From Octopus sinensis (lineage: Eukaryota), in contig NC_043005.1 of the NCBI RefSeq assembly GCF_006345805.1, positions 45,198,001-45,262,000 of the forward strand: a stretch of DNA of 64,000 nucleotides. Reading direction: 5' to 3'. Positions 24,151 through 37,269 of the stretch are shown here, in pieces. Position numbers and translations under genes: made by a program. Under the pieces are notes generated by a model that saw only the letters and a program-made list of their open reading frames with translations, made no database searches and was not told the DNA's origin. Every line of letters starts with the position of its first letter. Within the stretch, counting starts at the first letter, position 1.

Positions 24151-24322
24151 ATCACCCACTACACTCTCGGAGTGGTTGGCGTTAGGAAGGGCATCCAGCT
24201 GTAGAAACACTGCCAGATCTGACTGGACTGGTGCAGCTTTCGGGCTCCCCAGACCCCAGTTGAACCGTCCAACCCATGCTAGCATGGAAAGCGGACGTTA
24301 AATGATGATGATGATGATGATG
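24150..24322 (+). mobile_element. Family C terminus with (ATG)n tail closing the array
   Basis: cacccactacactctcggagtggttggcgttaggaagggcatcc...aacccatgctagcatggaaagcggacgttaaatgatgatg. Confidence 0.9.
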
Positions 24323-24469
24323 ATATATATATATACATACATACATATATGTATATGTATATATATAAACATATATATATATATATATGTGTGTGTGTGT
24401 ATGTATGTATGTATGTATGTGCATATATATGTATATACACACACATATATATAAATATACATATATTCA

Positions 24470-24500
<31 letters not shown>

Positions 24501-24568
24501 ATATATTTATACACACACATATATATACACACACATATATGTATATATACACATACATATATATAGAT

Positions 24569-24604
<36 letters not shown>

Positions 24605-24795
24605 GTAGATAGATATGTGGATACATGTTTATATATAAAAATGTGCAATCATACATGTCTATGTATATCTATCTATTCATGCCTATATGCACACATAGAC
24701 ACACAAATATATGTGTGTGTGTATGGGTGTATGTTTGGGTGTATGTATACATACATGCATATATACATATACACACACACATACATACACATATA
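24323..24795. repeat. Compound (TA)/(CA)/(AGAT) microsatellite
   Basis: Direct reading. Confidence 0.95.
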
Positions 24796-25710
24796 GCTGC
24801 GTGCTCACATGCGCACAAATTGTTAATGATTCAGGTGGAGGGGACAGAAATAGTTGACCTAGAAAATGAAAGCAAACGTCTATTTCCCTTCAGTAATGTA
24901 TGGAGTTGTATTGAGGAAAGAAATCCTCCACCACTACCAATGTCACTACCACCACTTTTGTCATCCTCCACAAATTATTCTTAATAGGGTTTAAGATTAT
25001 GAATATGTACTTGCATATGGTTAGGATAAAATCTGTGCACGCACACCGGGAAAGTTAACTGAAAATCATGGGGCATCATCTAAACTAAGAAAGTATTGGA
25101 AATCTGCAAGACAAGCAGAGCTGAACCTATGACAAAACCCTAGTTGACTTGTATCAATGGTGAGGAAATGCTTCCCTGTTTACTCCTTATTTGTTAGGGA
25201 ACTCTCATAAGGGACTCCCAAAAGATACACACCATCTTGTGTGGCTCTGTTCGATGACATCGATCCTGGGGTGAAGGGAGAGATTTGGGTAACAGTAAAG
25301 ATATAGAATAATCCTCGAACCTAGCAAGAAATACGTTAGCTACAAAATTAGAATTTGAATTGAAAAAAATTCAGAGGCGTGAGAATCATTGTAGAGAACA
25401 GTGTCATTTTCATTTGGATTAAGGAAGGTCTTTATCGATATGTATGTAGGTTTCGCTAGACTGGAGATGTATAAAATCAAGCATGCACAATGGGAACAAA
25501 GATTAAAACACATCAATTTGTAACTTACAAGAAAGTACAGACTTGTATATACATATCGTATTATACACACATGCATGCACACTCTCCCTGTTCACATTTA
25601 CAAACATATATACATACATACACACATGCATACAAACACACTCAAATACATCCCCAAATTATTTTCGTGCTAAGATTTTCTTATGACAAGATTTTCAGGT
25701 ATTTCTGCAC

Positions 25711-25790
<80 letters not shown>

Positions 25791-25910
25791 CTATTGGTGG
25801 ATATAACACACTTATTCACAAATCAGAAAAATATTTCATGCTTCAACTAAATTGAATCATTTTGATATTTGTTAAATCATATATGCATGTATGCACACAC
25901 ACATACACAT

Positions 25911-25968
<58 letters not shown>

Positions 25969-26229
25969 CTGAGTTGCAGTAGTAAAGCAATTGGTGACAG
26001 TTTGTAAGAAATCTGTTCTAGAAACATGAGCTGAGATTTAACTCGGTCCTCTCTTATTACCTTCAAGAATAAGTAGGTGTAATACAGATCTTGAAACCTT
26101 CTTGGATAATTTGCTGGTTAAGGTTACTAAAACAATTTCCTACTTATTGAGCTATTAAACAGCAACGAGACAACATTCTTTGTTTAAGATATTCTTTTCT
26201 AATCATTTACAGATCGCTGCCTGTCTTAT

Positions 26230-26400
26230 TGATTTCACATTTTGGCACAAGGCCAGCAATTTTGAGGAAGGAGACAAGTCAATTACATCAATCCCAGTGC
26301 TTAACTGGTACTAACTTCATTGACCCCGAAAGGATGAAAGGCAAAAATCAACCTCAGTGGAATTTGAATTCAGAATGTACACAAATATCTAGCATGTCTC
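26230..26400 (-). mobile_element. SINE family B, partial
   Basis: ttttggcacaaggccagcaat...gaaaggatgaaaggcaaa...ggaatttgaattcagaatgt. Confidence 0.8.
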
Positions 26401-26450
26401 TTCAGGTGATAAATAGATATAACTCATTAAGATAACAGTTCTGCAATGTA

Positions 26451-27017
26451 TTGGGTTGTCCGGAAAGTTCATGCCAGTTTATAATAGCTTACCTTTTAAC
26501 TTATTTTAGAACATGGTTGAGTCCATAAAATAGGATTTGACTATACCTCCATTTGGAGCACAGTTTAAGCTATCCTTTCATGGAAGAAGGTTTATGTTCC
26601 TATAACCTGTGCTAATTCTGTAACCCTTTAAAATGGAAGATAAGAAAGTTCATTTTTGGTACTTGATGATTTGGGAACCAGACAAAAATTGCTGCAGCTC
26701 AGATGGTATGTGTTACTCCACCCTCCATATTCACCAGATATTGCTCCTTCAGATTTCCACTTATTCAGGTCTCTGCAGGATAGTCTTAATGGTAAAAATT
26801 TCAATTCCTTGGATGACGTAAAAAGATACCTTGATGAATTCTTTGCCATGAAACCACCTCAGTTCTGGGAAGAGAGTATTTTGAAGTTAATGGAAAGATG
26901 GAGATGCATTGTGCAACAAAATGGTTCATATTTGGTTGATTAAAAAATGTAATGGCAAGTATTTATTGACCTTTTTCTTTCCTTTAAAAATCGGCACAAA
27001 CTTTCTGGACAACCCAA
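26451..27017 (+). mobile_element. Internally deleted mariner (567 bp) retaining the transposase C-terminus
   Basis: TA|ttgggttgtccggaaagtt ... aactttctggacaacccaa|TA; ORF 26656-26943 HPPYSPDIAPSDFHLFRSLQ...WRCIVQQNGSY. Confidence 0.95.
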
Positions 27018-27302
27018 TATTTTCTCATTTCGTGTAAAGAAAAGCAGCAAATCAAAAGATACATCTTCATTTGTATAGAAGATCAATTATGAAATAACAG
27101 ATGCAAAAAAGAAATGTATACGCAATACAAGGAGAAAAGTAATAAATTAACCATTAACAGATATGGATGTATAAACACCTTCACACAAGCTGCACGGTGC
27201 ATGTACATTTGCTCATGCAAGCATCCATGAAGATGTAAGTATATGCACTTATGTGGTTTGGTGCACACAAGTTCACATAGCAAGTTAAATAGTTACTTGG
27301 TG

Positions 27303-29293
27303 CAGGGCCAGATCTACCACTATGCGACTGCCTAGGGTTACAACATCTAGGGGATCAACAAAATCTTGCGATGTCTTGGGAGGTACTAACTTAGAAAAGA
27401 GAGAATTTAAGAAATCTATAATTATAAAGTGATAATTTAGTTATTATAATAAAAAAATTCAGTTATCAAATTATCAACAATTAGTAAGTAAAGTTTGATA
27501 AAGATTTCAGTTACACTTCTGAAATCCAATGTTCCTTCTAAAGCTTCGTCCCATGGCACAGCCCAATCGTTTGAAAATTACTGCTCAGTTTAATTTTAGG
27601 CATTTTTAAATTTAACATATGTGTATATTTTTACAATCGTTGTTAAAATATTCAACAGTATGTGTAATATACTTAACAGTTGTAATAAATTGTATAATGG
27701 CAAATTGACACTACCCCTATATTATATATATTGGTAATGTACCAATGTCTCGCCCCAAAAAAATTTTAATCAGCATTGGTTAGGCATCGGCAAAATTTTT
27801 ATGTCATGGTTTTGCTACATGTACACAGCAGTTTTGTTTCTGTGAGAATTTTTTCTTGCGAATTAAATCACGGGAGGAGCCAGGGAGGTTTTTAAAAAGA
27901 AGTTTTTTGTCCATGGGCATATTCCATTGGGATTTTTAGCTCCTTTTTCACTTAATTTTAATCATACGATTGATAATTATTTAATAGATGTTTACATTAA
28001 ATTCTTATATGATTTTTACTTCAAGAAACCATTCAAATTCTATTAGAAAGGCCTGTCAAATTTGTCTGAGTAATGTACTCAATTATTTTGAACTTGACTT
28101 AAGCTGTTTTTGTAATCTATTTAATGAAATAGAGTTTTATGTGTGTATTCACTTTTCATGCCAAAACGGCTGTGCAAATTGCCTCCATACTTGGCATGTG
28201 TAAATGATTTCATTCCAGAAAAATAAAAGGGTATTCAATTTATTTTTTTCTTAAAAATTAACATTGCTTTATATATATGATTCACTTCTTTCAAAAGGTT
28301 TTTCAATTTTTCAATATCAACTTCTGCTATGGATGTAGTGATGAAGAATTGTTCATTTGCATTTGCAAACTCTCTCTGTTTCAGAATTCTTTGAACAACT
28401 GATATAAGTAAATTCCATCTTTGGCTTTCTGTATGATATAAAATTTTTGCAATATCAAACTTCTCATCAAGTAATGGAATTTTGCATAAAACTTGAGTCT
28501 GCCCAACAGGTTGGAGAGTCAAAGGATATTGATGCTAAAGATTTATCTAATGAACCAAATGTCATATCAAGAAGACTTGAAAAATCCTATGTTTCTCTGA
28601 AAGTGCTTGAGCTATTTTGTGAGCGGCAACAAAGAGAAGGCTTTCCAAATGTGTAGATCACTCTCAGAATCCTGCTAACCTTACCAGTAAGTGTTGCAAG
28701 CAGAGAGCGTAGCTTTTCAAAACTTAAATTAATAAAGACATTTGTAAGAACTTCAATGGCACAAGAGAGACTCACTGGACTAGCTACAATTTCCATAGAA
28801 CATGAAATTTGTAGAAAACTTCCACCTCAAGTGCTTGTAAAAGATTTTGCGAGACAGAAAGCTTGCAAAATTAACTTTTAAGTATCAAGAGTAAAAAACA
28901 ACAGTATTTAAATATTTCAACAACCAATTATAGAAAAACAACACCTTTGAATCAAATCAAATCAAAGAAGGAAAATACAAAGAACGGCTTGGTGAACTAC
29001 TGTTTGTTTACTATATTTGCTTGCATCCAATTAGTAAAATATTAAATTTTCAATACATCATGTTTATTAGTTATTATATATTTTTTCATTAATTTTTAAG
29101 AAATAAATTTTAAAATTTTAATTTACAAGTGACTTCAAATTGCTCCTATGTTTATTCATATTTCTAAAAACTTTCTTGGTGAAATCCCCAGCTTGTTGGG
29201 CTTGCTTCACTTGCTATCCCCCATCTTGTGGAAGGGGATGGGCATTTAAAATTTGATTCACTTAGAGTGTCAATTACCTTAGGGCCAGCCCTG
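27303..29293 (+). mobile_element. Non-autonomous hAT transposon (~2 kb)
   Basis: Ends cagggcca.. / ..cagccctg; 8-bp TSD acttggtg / acttggag; hAT dimerization remnant inside. Confidence 0.9.
28500..28881 (+). pseudogene. hAT C-terminal dimerization domain remnant
   Basis: FPNV*ITLRILLTLPVSVASRERSFSKLKLIKTFVRTSMAQERLTGLATISIEHEIC...FARQKACKINF*. Confidence 0.9.
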
Positions 29294-29394
29294 ACTTGGA
29301 GTTTATAAGAATGGGGAGATTAAAACTAAACTTAATTCATCCATACCTTCAGGTAAATTATGTTAACTGTTACTCAAATTCATTCTCACTGCAT

Positions 29395-29820
29395 TGTATG
29401 AAAATACATTTATATGCATGTAGGCATCTTAAGAGTCTTTCAGAAATTCTATTAATGATCTTCTCATTGGTCCACAGAATAGACAGGGATTCCTTGGAGC
29501 AGAGTTGGCATCTCCTGGAAATGATATCGTATGGTCTTGCATGCCTTACTATGGACCAAGTTATATTATACTTAATTTTACCTTCCTTCAGTCACCACAC
29601 AAAATCAGCCAAAGATGTTGAATGTTACATCTATTTATCACCCAAAGAGACATGTCTGCACCAACTGATGCTCCTGAATCTGTTGTTGAGTAACCCAGCC
29701 ATAATGGATCAATACTAGATGTGTCAAAACAATTGTCCTGATTTATAAAAATTCTCGTATCTTCCATCTTCCGCCTTTCATTTACCATATACTTAATGGA
29801 CTCTGTGAAAGTGACCATAC
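29395..29820 (-). mobile_element. Penelope-like element, GIY-YIG endonuclease C-terminal remnant
   Basis: TSLADFVW*LKEGKIKYNITWSIVRHARPYDIISRRCQLCSKESLSIL...NRISERLLRCLH matches the PLE W..PY....RCxLC..E...L...SEL..KCRH pattern. Confidence 0.8.
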
Positions 29821-29859
29821 TTTACCAGTAAGGTACCTGGTATAAACCATTCATTTTAT

Positions 29860-29870
29860 TATTATTATTA

Positions 29871-29921
<51 letters not shown>

Positions 29922-29925
29922 TAGG

Positions 29926-29998
<73 letters not shown>
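29860..29998. repeat. (ATT)(TA)(AGAT) compound microsatellite
   Basis: Direct reading. Confidence 0.95.
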
Positions 29999-31149
29999 CT
30001 TCACTGTCATAATTGTCATCTATTTTTCCATGTTTGCATGGATTGGATGAAGTTTATTGAAACAGATGCCCTTCCTGTCACCAACCCTTACCTATTTCAA
30101 AGCAAAGTTATATTTTCCCTCAGAAAATAGAAACACAGGAAGGCAGTGAGCTGAATGTTAATGGGTTAAACAGCTCAATGATGATGAACCACAGAGTACC
30201 TATGTCGTTAATTTATCTGAGAGAAGTAGGGTCCAAATACTGTTCAAGTCACACCCAACCATCTTTAAGAAAAAGTATGATATATTATATCCAAGATATA
30301 TAATGTCAGATTAAATAATGGGAAAACCAAGACTGAAATATCTTTGATCAAAGGTTTATTCAATCAGGGATGACCTGGATATGTAACTAACAATAATAAT
30401 CACTATCTAATTCCTTACATTTTGTCTCTAACTATTATTTATTCTATTAACATATCAGGATGTAATATGAACATTGTAATACAGCTAATTATAACTGTCA
30501 TGGTCTGCTGGATTTCCTCTATTACTATTTTAGGTTATGTAAACAAGATTTCGACATCATATTTACACTTGCAGCTAGGATTCAATAATATAATATAACA
30601 GCGATTATATGTTCTTCACCTGTTCAACACTTGTCTAATTTACTTAACTTTTTTTTCTCTCTCTTACGAAACTTAATTAACAGACAACTTTTCAATTCAT
30701 ACACCTAATTGTTCTAACACCAGTTGCTAATATGTCTGCTTACATTTGACTGCAGAATTTTTATTGCTTTATGGAATGTTAAGTTAATTCTAAAACATTT
30801 TTAACCACATTAATTATATTAAAATATTTTTAAACACATTAATTACACATTGTGAATCATAAAAACTTTTTAACAACATTTTTTAAAAACAAATAACTGT
30901 CTTGTAATGACTTTGACAAATAATTATTTTGTCTCCAGTGAAACCTCTCTGTTAATACAAAATATTTTTTCACATGTATTAAATGCAGATCATAAAAAAA
31001 AATATAAGCAGTCATATCAGTAAATAAATCTAACATTTTTCAAAAAGGCTAAACTTAGTGAACCTTTTCCAACATTTTTTACCCTAGAAGTTTCACATTT
31101 TAAGAGAAGTGTAAAAGAATGGTATAACCATAGTTTGGAGCTTCATTAC

Positions 31150-31500
31150 TGATTTGTCTCCTCATAACTTTCTTAATAATATAAATTTTTTGCAAAGATA
31201 GAGTTTTCAAAGGTGTAGATGATAATTATGTTCAAATTAAAAGGCAAGAAATTAAAAGGATTTTTTTTCTTATTGAGAAAGAAAACAAGCCCTTAAACCT
31301 TTAAATATTTTGATAGCTTGCTTATGATCATTGTACCATATAAAAAATGGATAATGTCATCTTGATTGATATTACTCCTTAGTAATTTGAAAATAGAATG
31401 CACAATAAATAAATCAAAAGTACAAGAAATCCTTGTGTTTACAGAAATAATGTGTTCAGGAAAATCTTGCTTGTAATGCAAAATTAATTTTCTCGTTAAT
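31150..31500 (-). mobile_element. Possible L1/Tx1-like LINE 3' remnant
   Basis: PEHII...I.QDDIIHFLYG and LCKKFIY loosely resemble Tx1/L1 C-termini. Confidence 0.25.
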
Positions 31501-32259
31501 TTCCATATTCTAAAGTGAGAATATGCTCCAATGGATTTTTAGAGGAAAAAAAACTGAGAGCAAAAGGAAGCAACATGACCACTTTTATGCATGAAAATAA
31601 CAATTATAAATGTATACAGTACAATATGTATACATTAAAACGTTTGAAGAGAAATTCATTAAGGAGTAAATAATAATTGTAAAACAGCAGTAGAGTATGC
31701 TTCTAACATGAAAGATATTGACCAATGTGTGAGGGGTTATGGTGGAATGAGATTTACTGGAAGGATGAGGGACAGGATTTTCTATCACCTGAAAGGTGAA
31801 GAGCCTATCTAAAATTGTTTGATGTTTATGGTGCATTATTTCTTTGCATAGCTCAGTGTAGGAACTGAGCTCATTGTAAATACCTCTTGTTATATTTTGT
31901 TAAATGCACAAATAGGGCTATTATCAGCAAAAACTTGCAGACCATATTTGAATGCAAAATCTTTAATGGTATTTTTTGCAGTCAGTTATATGGAGTCAGT
32001 TCTATTTCTGAATTCCCATCTGCATTTTCAATTTGCCCTTGTTCTTATAACATTAGTCCCTCTTTAAATAAATTTCCTGTATGAAACAGCAATTCAAACA
32101 CACCATATTCTATGACTTCTTCAAACCTTTCATCACTTGTAAATGTCACTATGTCTTTCTAAATTTGATGTAGACCTCTTGTTTGTTGAAAACTTGTAAA
32201 ATCACGGATACAGTTTGATTATACATTTTTCCAAATACCATTCAAGGTTGAGGGTTACA

Positions 32260-32500
32260 CTTTGTCTCATGACTCAACTCTGCTATCCACAATATCCATT
32301 ATGTTGAACTTCTTCCAGAAGTTTCTAACTCTAGGTTTATTCTCCCTGTCACAATCCATTGGCTGGAGCAAAGATGTTGTATTCTTGGGAATATATTTCA
32401 TTCTCACCTTAACAAAAAGCACTTTTAAGTTCACTGGGAGGTTTGGACATTGTCTAAAAGGAGCAATGCTTTGTTCAAAATATTACATCTGGTACTATAT
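32260..32500 (-). mobile_element. Tigger/pogo DDE remnant
   Basis: KALLLLDNVQ.. then VRMKYIPKNTTSLLQPMD..RVRNFWKKFNIMDIVD. Confidence 0.8.
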
Positions 32501-33574
32501 CTTTTGGGAGCAGACACAGTATATGTAAACAATTCTTCATAAGCCTCTTCATCACCTATGCCTTCTTATTTGAATATCAAATCAGAAGTAAATTTGAGTG
32601 TAACTCTTGAAAATCCTTTGATCTTCAGAGTAATGCATGAGTTGGAGTTTTAATTTCATATCAACACCAGTATTTCAACATTTCTTCTCAGAAGAAGAGT
32701 CATCTGATTTTTAGAAGTTTTAAATCCTGGTATTGATGCTTAATTTCAAGACATAAAAGTTTTCACAGCATGCAAATATGTGCAGTTTCATCAATAGTAT
32801 TGCTGTGTGAGCGTATGATGCCCCCTTGTGAGAATGGATGGGACCACTACATATAAGTAGTAGTGGTCTGAATAGGTGAGGTAGTTTGTGCTAGTTCCAC
32901 AGTTCGTAGGTTGATAGGTCAAACTTTACAGTTCAAGTTAGAGTATTGGATTGTTGGCTCTTAAAAGAGTGTTGTTACGTTTCATGTGGTTACTGCTGCT
33001 TGTTTCTATTATATTGTTATTACACTGTTGCAGCATATTTGTTTATCCATAAGGATATAACAATTATATACTTACTCTGATATGTAACCCCACTTCCATA
33101 ATTTTTTTGCAGTTGCTCAGCATAGTAGTCTGTACATTGGCTCTGACAGCTTCACCAGTAATTTTTATGCTGTGCAAATTCAAGTGCTTTTTAAACTATT
33201 TCTCCAGCATTAGCTATTTTACCATTGTTCAGGTCTAATGACATTTCATGTTTGTTTCTGTTCAGTTTCCTTGTATGTCTCCACTGTCCTGTTTTTGTTC
33301 CCAACTTTGACCCTCCATAAATCTCCAATTTTATTTTGGTACTTATGGGAGCAACTGTCTTCGAAGACTCATACTGTCGTTCAATGCTCGAAATGAGGAG
33401 TAGATAGACAGTCAACAACTGATGAAGGGTCGTTCTTTATGTTACTTGTCCAGTTTTCCATTTGTTTCTCTCGTTGTTTGTGTATTGAACTTATTTGTTT
33501 TAGTATTTCATCTTGTTTACTGTTGGTGACATCCTGTACCCATATATTGATATGTATATATATATATGACTGGA

Positions 33575-34060
33575 TTCTCTTGCTTGTGTAGCCTGGTGCA
33601 AAGACCTGTTGCCAAGCATAGAGTTTTCCAGTAACCACCCTCTTGACCCATGGCAGTACTACCTCTTCCAGGCACTTGATGCAGACCTTTGTATTGTGTC
33701 TGAAGCTATGTAGAAAGATGAATGGAGGCATAACGTTGTCATCACTAGTGATCACTTCAAACACCATGATGTTGACTGGTTGTTTGATTTTTATCACCCT
33801 CCGTATATGTCCTCAAATTGCACTGTCCTGAGATTGACACTCAAACATTCTGAAATGTTCATATTGGTGCTTCCAACATGAATGCCAAGCAGTACAGCAT
33901 GTTGTTTCCAAATTTCTGGCAGACTGAATCGCATCATGGTGTTTTTTTCTCACAGACGGTGCCCAACTGACCTTACTATATATTGTGTAATCAACAAAAT
34001 CAAAAACAAACAATGCACATGCATGAAATTAAAAGTATAAAATGGTGACAATTTACCCTG
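33575..34060 (-). mobile_element. maT/DD37D-type Tc1-mariner remnant
   Basis: KQPVNIMVFEVITSDDNVMPPFIFLHSFRHNTKVCIKCLEEVVLPWVKRVVTGKLYAWQQVFAPGYTS; 5' end cagggtaaattgtcacc. Confidence 0.8.
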
Positions 34061-35336
34061 TGTGTATATATATATATATGAATTTCCATCAATCAAATGC
34101 ACCCCAGAATGATTGTGTTGACCCAAGCCTATGCTAATAGATTATTATCAAAAGAACCTTCCACTTAAATTGAACCAGGGACAATGTGGTTTCAAAAGGA
34201 GTGCCTTAACTATGCAGCAGCAGCCATACTTAACTAGATCTTAAACCAAACACCTAAGCGTGTTTGATCTGGCTAATATTTTTATATGTGTTAATTATAT
34301 AAGTAGGAGTCTAATTAGAAAAGGGTCAAAGTTTGGTAGTGGTTGGTTGTGAAGCATTATTCATTTGCAGATTAGCTGTAGTTGCTAAACCTGCAACAAT
34401 TTAATCTAACCATGCACACAATAATTCTTTGCAAGTTTTGTTGGTTAAAAATGCTGATGACTCATTCACTGCTCCATCAGAGGGTGAAGTAATATAAAAC
34501 AGCCTCCTTCAGAAAGTTAATCTACCAACCAGAGGCTTGAGAAATGACACACATTATTTGCCAATGGTAACAGTGGGTTTATAACTAACAAAAAAGATAT
34601 GAGTTGCATACAGTGGAAAATTATTTAGAACATTTTCAAAATAGAAAAAGCTTCATGATGAAGCAAATATGATGTACCTGGCAGATTATCCAGACTGCTG
34701 TAGAGACAGAATAGTTATTGTGTTTCATGGAAGCATAGGGAAAATATTCCAATTAATTTGTGTTCCCCATTGAATGGAATTGATTTGCTCCAGTTTCTGA
34801 AAAATTACTAAGAATAGAATCCCTACTGTTGTTATATATTTATGTCTGGTATTATATCATGTACATCATAGATATTAATTAGCATAATAACCATGACAAT
34901 TATCTTTTTATTAGATTAAGTGTCCAAAGATTCAAGGCTTGGGCATCATTTAATTGTTGTTTCTGATGTTTTTATTGTTGTTGCTGTGGTTTAGCTCCAA
35001 GTTGCATCTGACCAAGCAGACCTCTGATCAAAAGTGTTCTAGCCATTACTAGGCTGTCCTCAGATCACTCACAACATAATATTTTTAATCAGCTTAAAAT
35101 TCAGAGTCATCTTCCCTTGCTTTTCTTGATGAGAATTAATCATTAGCATAATGATTTTGCTTCACATCCCTCACCACATCTGCAATTTTAATTAATTAAT
35201 TAATTAAAATTTCTTGGCTTACTACATCAAGTACGCTAGCACTCAGTTTGCTACTTAATATATAAATAGTGTGTCCAAGACTACATTCTATATGGATGCA
35301 GACATGGCTGGGTGCTAAGAAACATCTTCTACTATA

Positions 35337-35745
35337 TGAGGTGGTGTCAAAAAGTTCCTGAACTAGTTATGTTTAATAAAAAATAATTTATTTACCTATG
35401 TTTTAACATTATCTCCTTTGAAATAGTCACCTTATGCAGCAGTACACTGGTCCCAGCATTCCTGCTATGTTTAGAATCCAGCCTGGAAGTCGTTTTCTAT
35501 AAGTTGAGGACCTTCTATGATTCAATCTAGATCTCAACAATGGTGTTAAGCAGTGACCTTTGAGCTTCATCTTCATTTTGGGGAAGAGATGAAAGTCTTC
35601 AGGTGCTAAATCTGGTGAATAGGGCGAGTGCAGAAGCGATGCTATATTGCTTTTAGGTGAGAAACCCACAAGTGCAGAGAGCTTAGTGACAGGATTCATT
35701 GTCATTGCAAGTGGTGAAGCTAAATTCATACCAGTCAGCATTTAT
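35337..35745 (-). mobile_element. Mariner 3' remnant
   Basis: LLHSPYSPDLAPEDFHLFPKMKMKLKG; TA-flanked terminus tgaggtggtgtcaaaaagttcc. Confidence 0.85.
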
Positions 35746-35789
35746 AGATTTTACCATAGGAATCAGTAACTGGTTTTGCAGAATGGTAA

Positions 35790-36722
35790 TGTGAAAATTA
35801 TACATCTTGGAAAATGTTGGTCTAACCAAGCATGCACAGTAAGAGCAAAAAAGGGTGATGCACCGTCCTGCTTGAATATTAGGTCACCAATGTTATCCCA
35901 GCCAGACCCTGTGAGCCACACATAATTTTCAAGCATCTGAAGACAGCAGTCCACATTCATGGTGTCATGCAGAAGTAATGGGCCAACAACTCTTGTTGCT
36001 ATCATTCCAAGCTTGCATCCTCTTAACCATCATGTTCAGATCCTTATCACACAACGCTCAGTAATGGCAGTTGTAACAATTGATGAAACCATCAACATGG
36101 AATACAACCTCGTCACTCCAGAGGATGTTTCCAAACAATTCAGGTCAATCTTCATGCCAACCTAGCATTAACTCACCATATTCCATTCTGTGGTCACAGT
36201 CTTTAGGTTTTAGCTCCTGCAAGTAATGGGGTTTCCACAGACAAAAATTGCAACACCATTTATATTGTGTATCACATTAGTCCACTTTCACAAGCTGCTT
36301 GATGTGCTGATTTTTGCAGGCTGTGATTAAACATTTCCTGCACTGTTGCTGTATTCTCGCTAATCAGGATGTGGTTGGATGGCCACTTCTTTCACAGAGC
36401 CTATAGTCATCAGCTTTGCATGACAACTTTTCATTGTCTCCCAACACTGTGTTGCATGCTTACCTTTCTTTCTATGCATGCCACCATCTCTGAACCAAAA
36501 CAATGAAATTCTACACTTCATAGTGTGCTACTAAATTAGCTCACCCCTGAACAGTCAAGCATTTGGCCATCTGGAAAATTAGAAATAAGAAATAAGGCAA
36601 GGAAAAAATAAAAAATCTTCATTAGTGTCGTTGGTTTAAAGAATGTCTCCATCATGACTTCAGTGATACTAAAAATTCTATAAGCAATTTCTTATGCCTA
36701 GTTACTTTCCACCAACCCCCTG
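35790..36722 (-). mobile_element. Second, unrelated Tc1/mariner remnant
   Basis: VVGPLLLHDTMNVDCCLQMLENYVW...LIFKQDGASPFFALTVHAWLDQHFPR; terminus ..caaccccctg|TA does not match the neighbour's TIR. Confidence 0.75.
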
Positions 36723-36763
36723 TATATGCATTTGTGTGTGTATATATATATATATATATATAA

Positions 36764-36794
<31 letters not shown>

Positions 36795-37269
36795 TTATAA
36801 CCTGGTCTGTCTGTGAGATGCAGCTTGGAACTAAAGTGCGTGTGTATGAATGAATATATATATATATATAAATGCATGTGAGTATGCGTGTGTGTGTATA
36901 TGTGTGTGTGTATGTGTATTTGTATGTATGTATCTATCTATGTGTTTGCTTTGTGTTTATGTTTTGTTTTGTGAAACTTGCCATAGAAATGGTTAACTTT
37001 TCTTTTGGAATGGGTAAGTAATTTTTTGTTTGATTACCAGAGCAACATGAAGTCAAAAAGAAGACTGAGAACCATAAATAAAGATAAACTAAAATTCTTA
37101 TTGGGGTGTGAGAGGAAAGAAAGGCAGAGGACCCACAGTAATGATAACAGCAGACAGAGCTATGAAAAACTTTCGAAGTAATAAAATAATCATGAGAGTT
37201 AATTATGTAAACTATTTTATATGTAATCAGGGCATGGGAAATAATAGGATGTTTATTGTTCCAGTGGAA

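Noticed and set aside
24830-24984. Possible exon VEGTEIVDLENESKRLFPF...
   Set aside because: Weak acceptor, no homology recognised, isolated.
29296-29718. 140-aa + strand ORF
   Set aside because: It is the antisense shadow of the Penelope GIY-YIG remnant on the minus strand.
32823-32849. 9-bp hairpin gaccactac/gtagtggtc as a Helitron 3' end
   Set aside because: No CTRR terminus at the expected distance.
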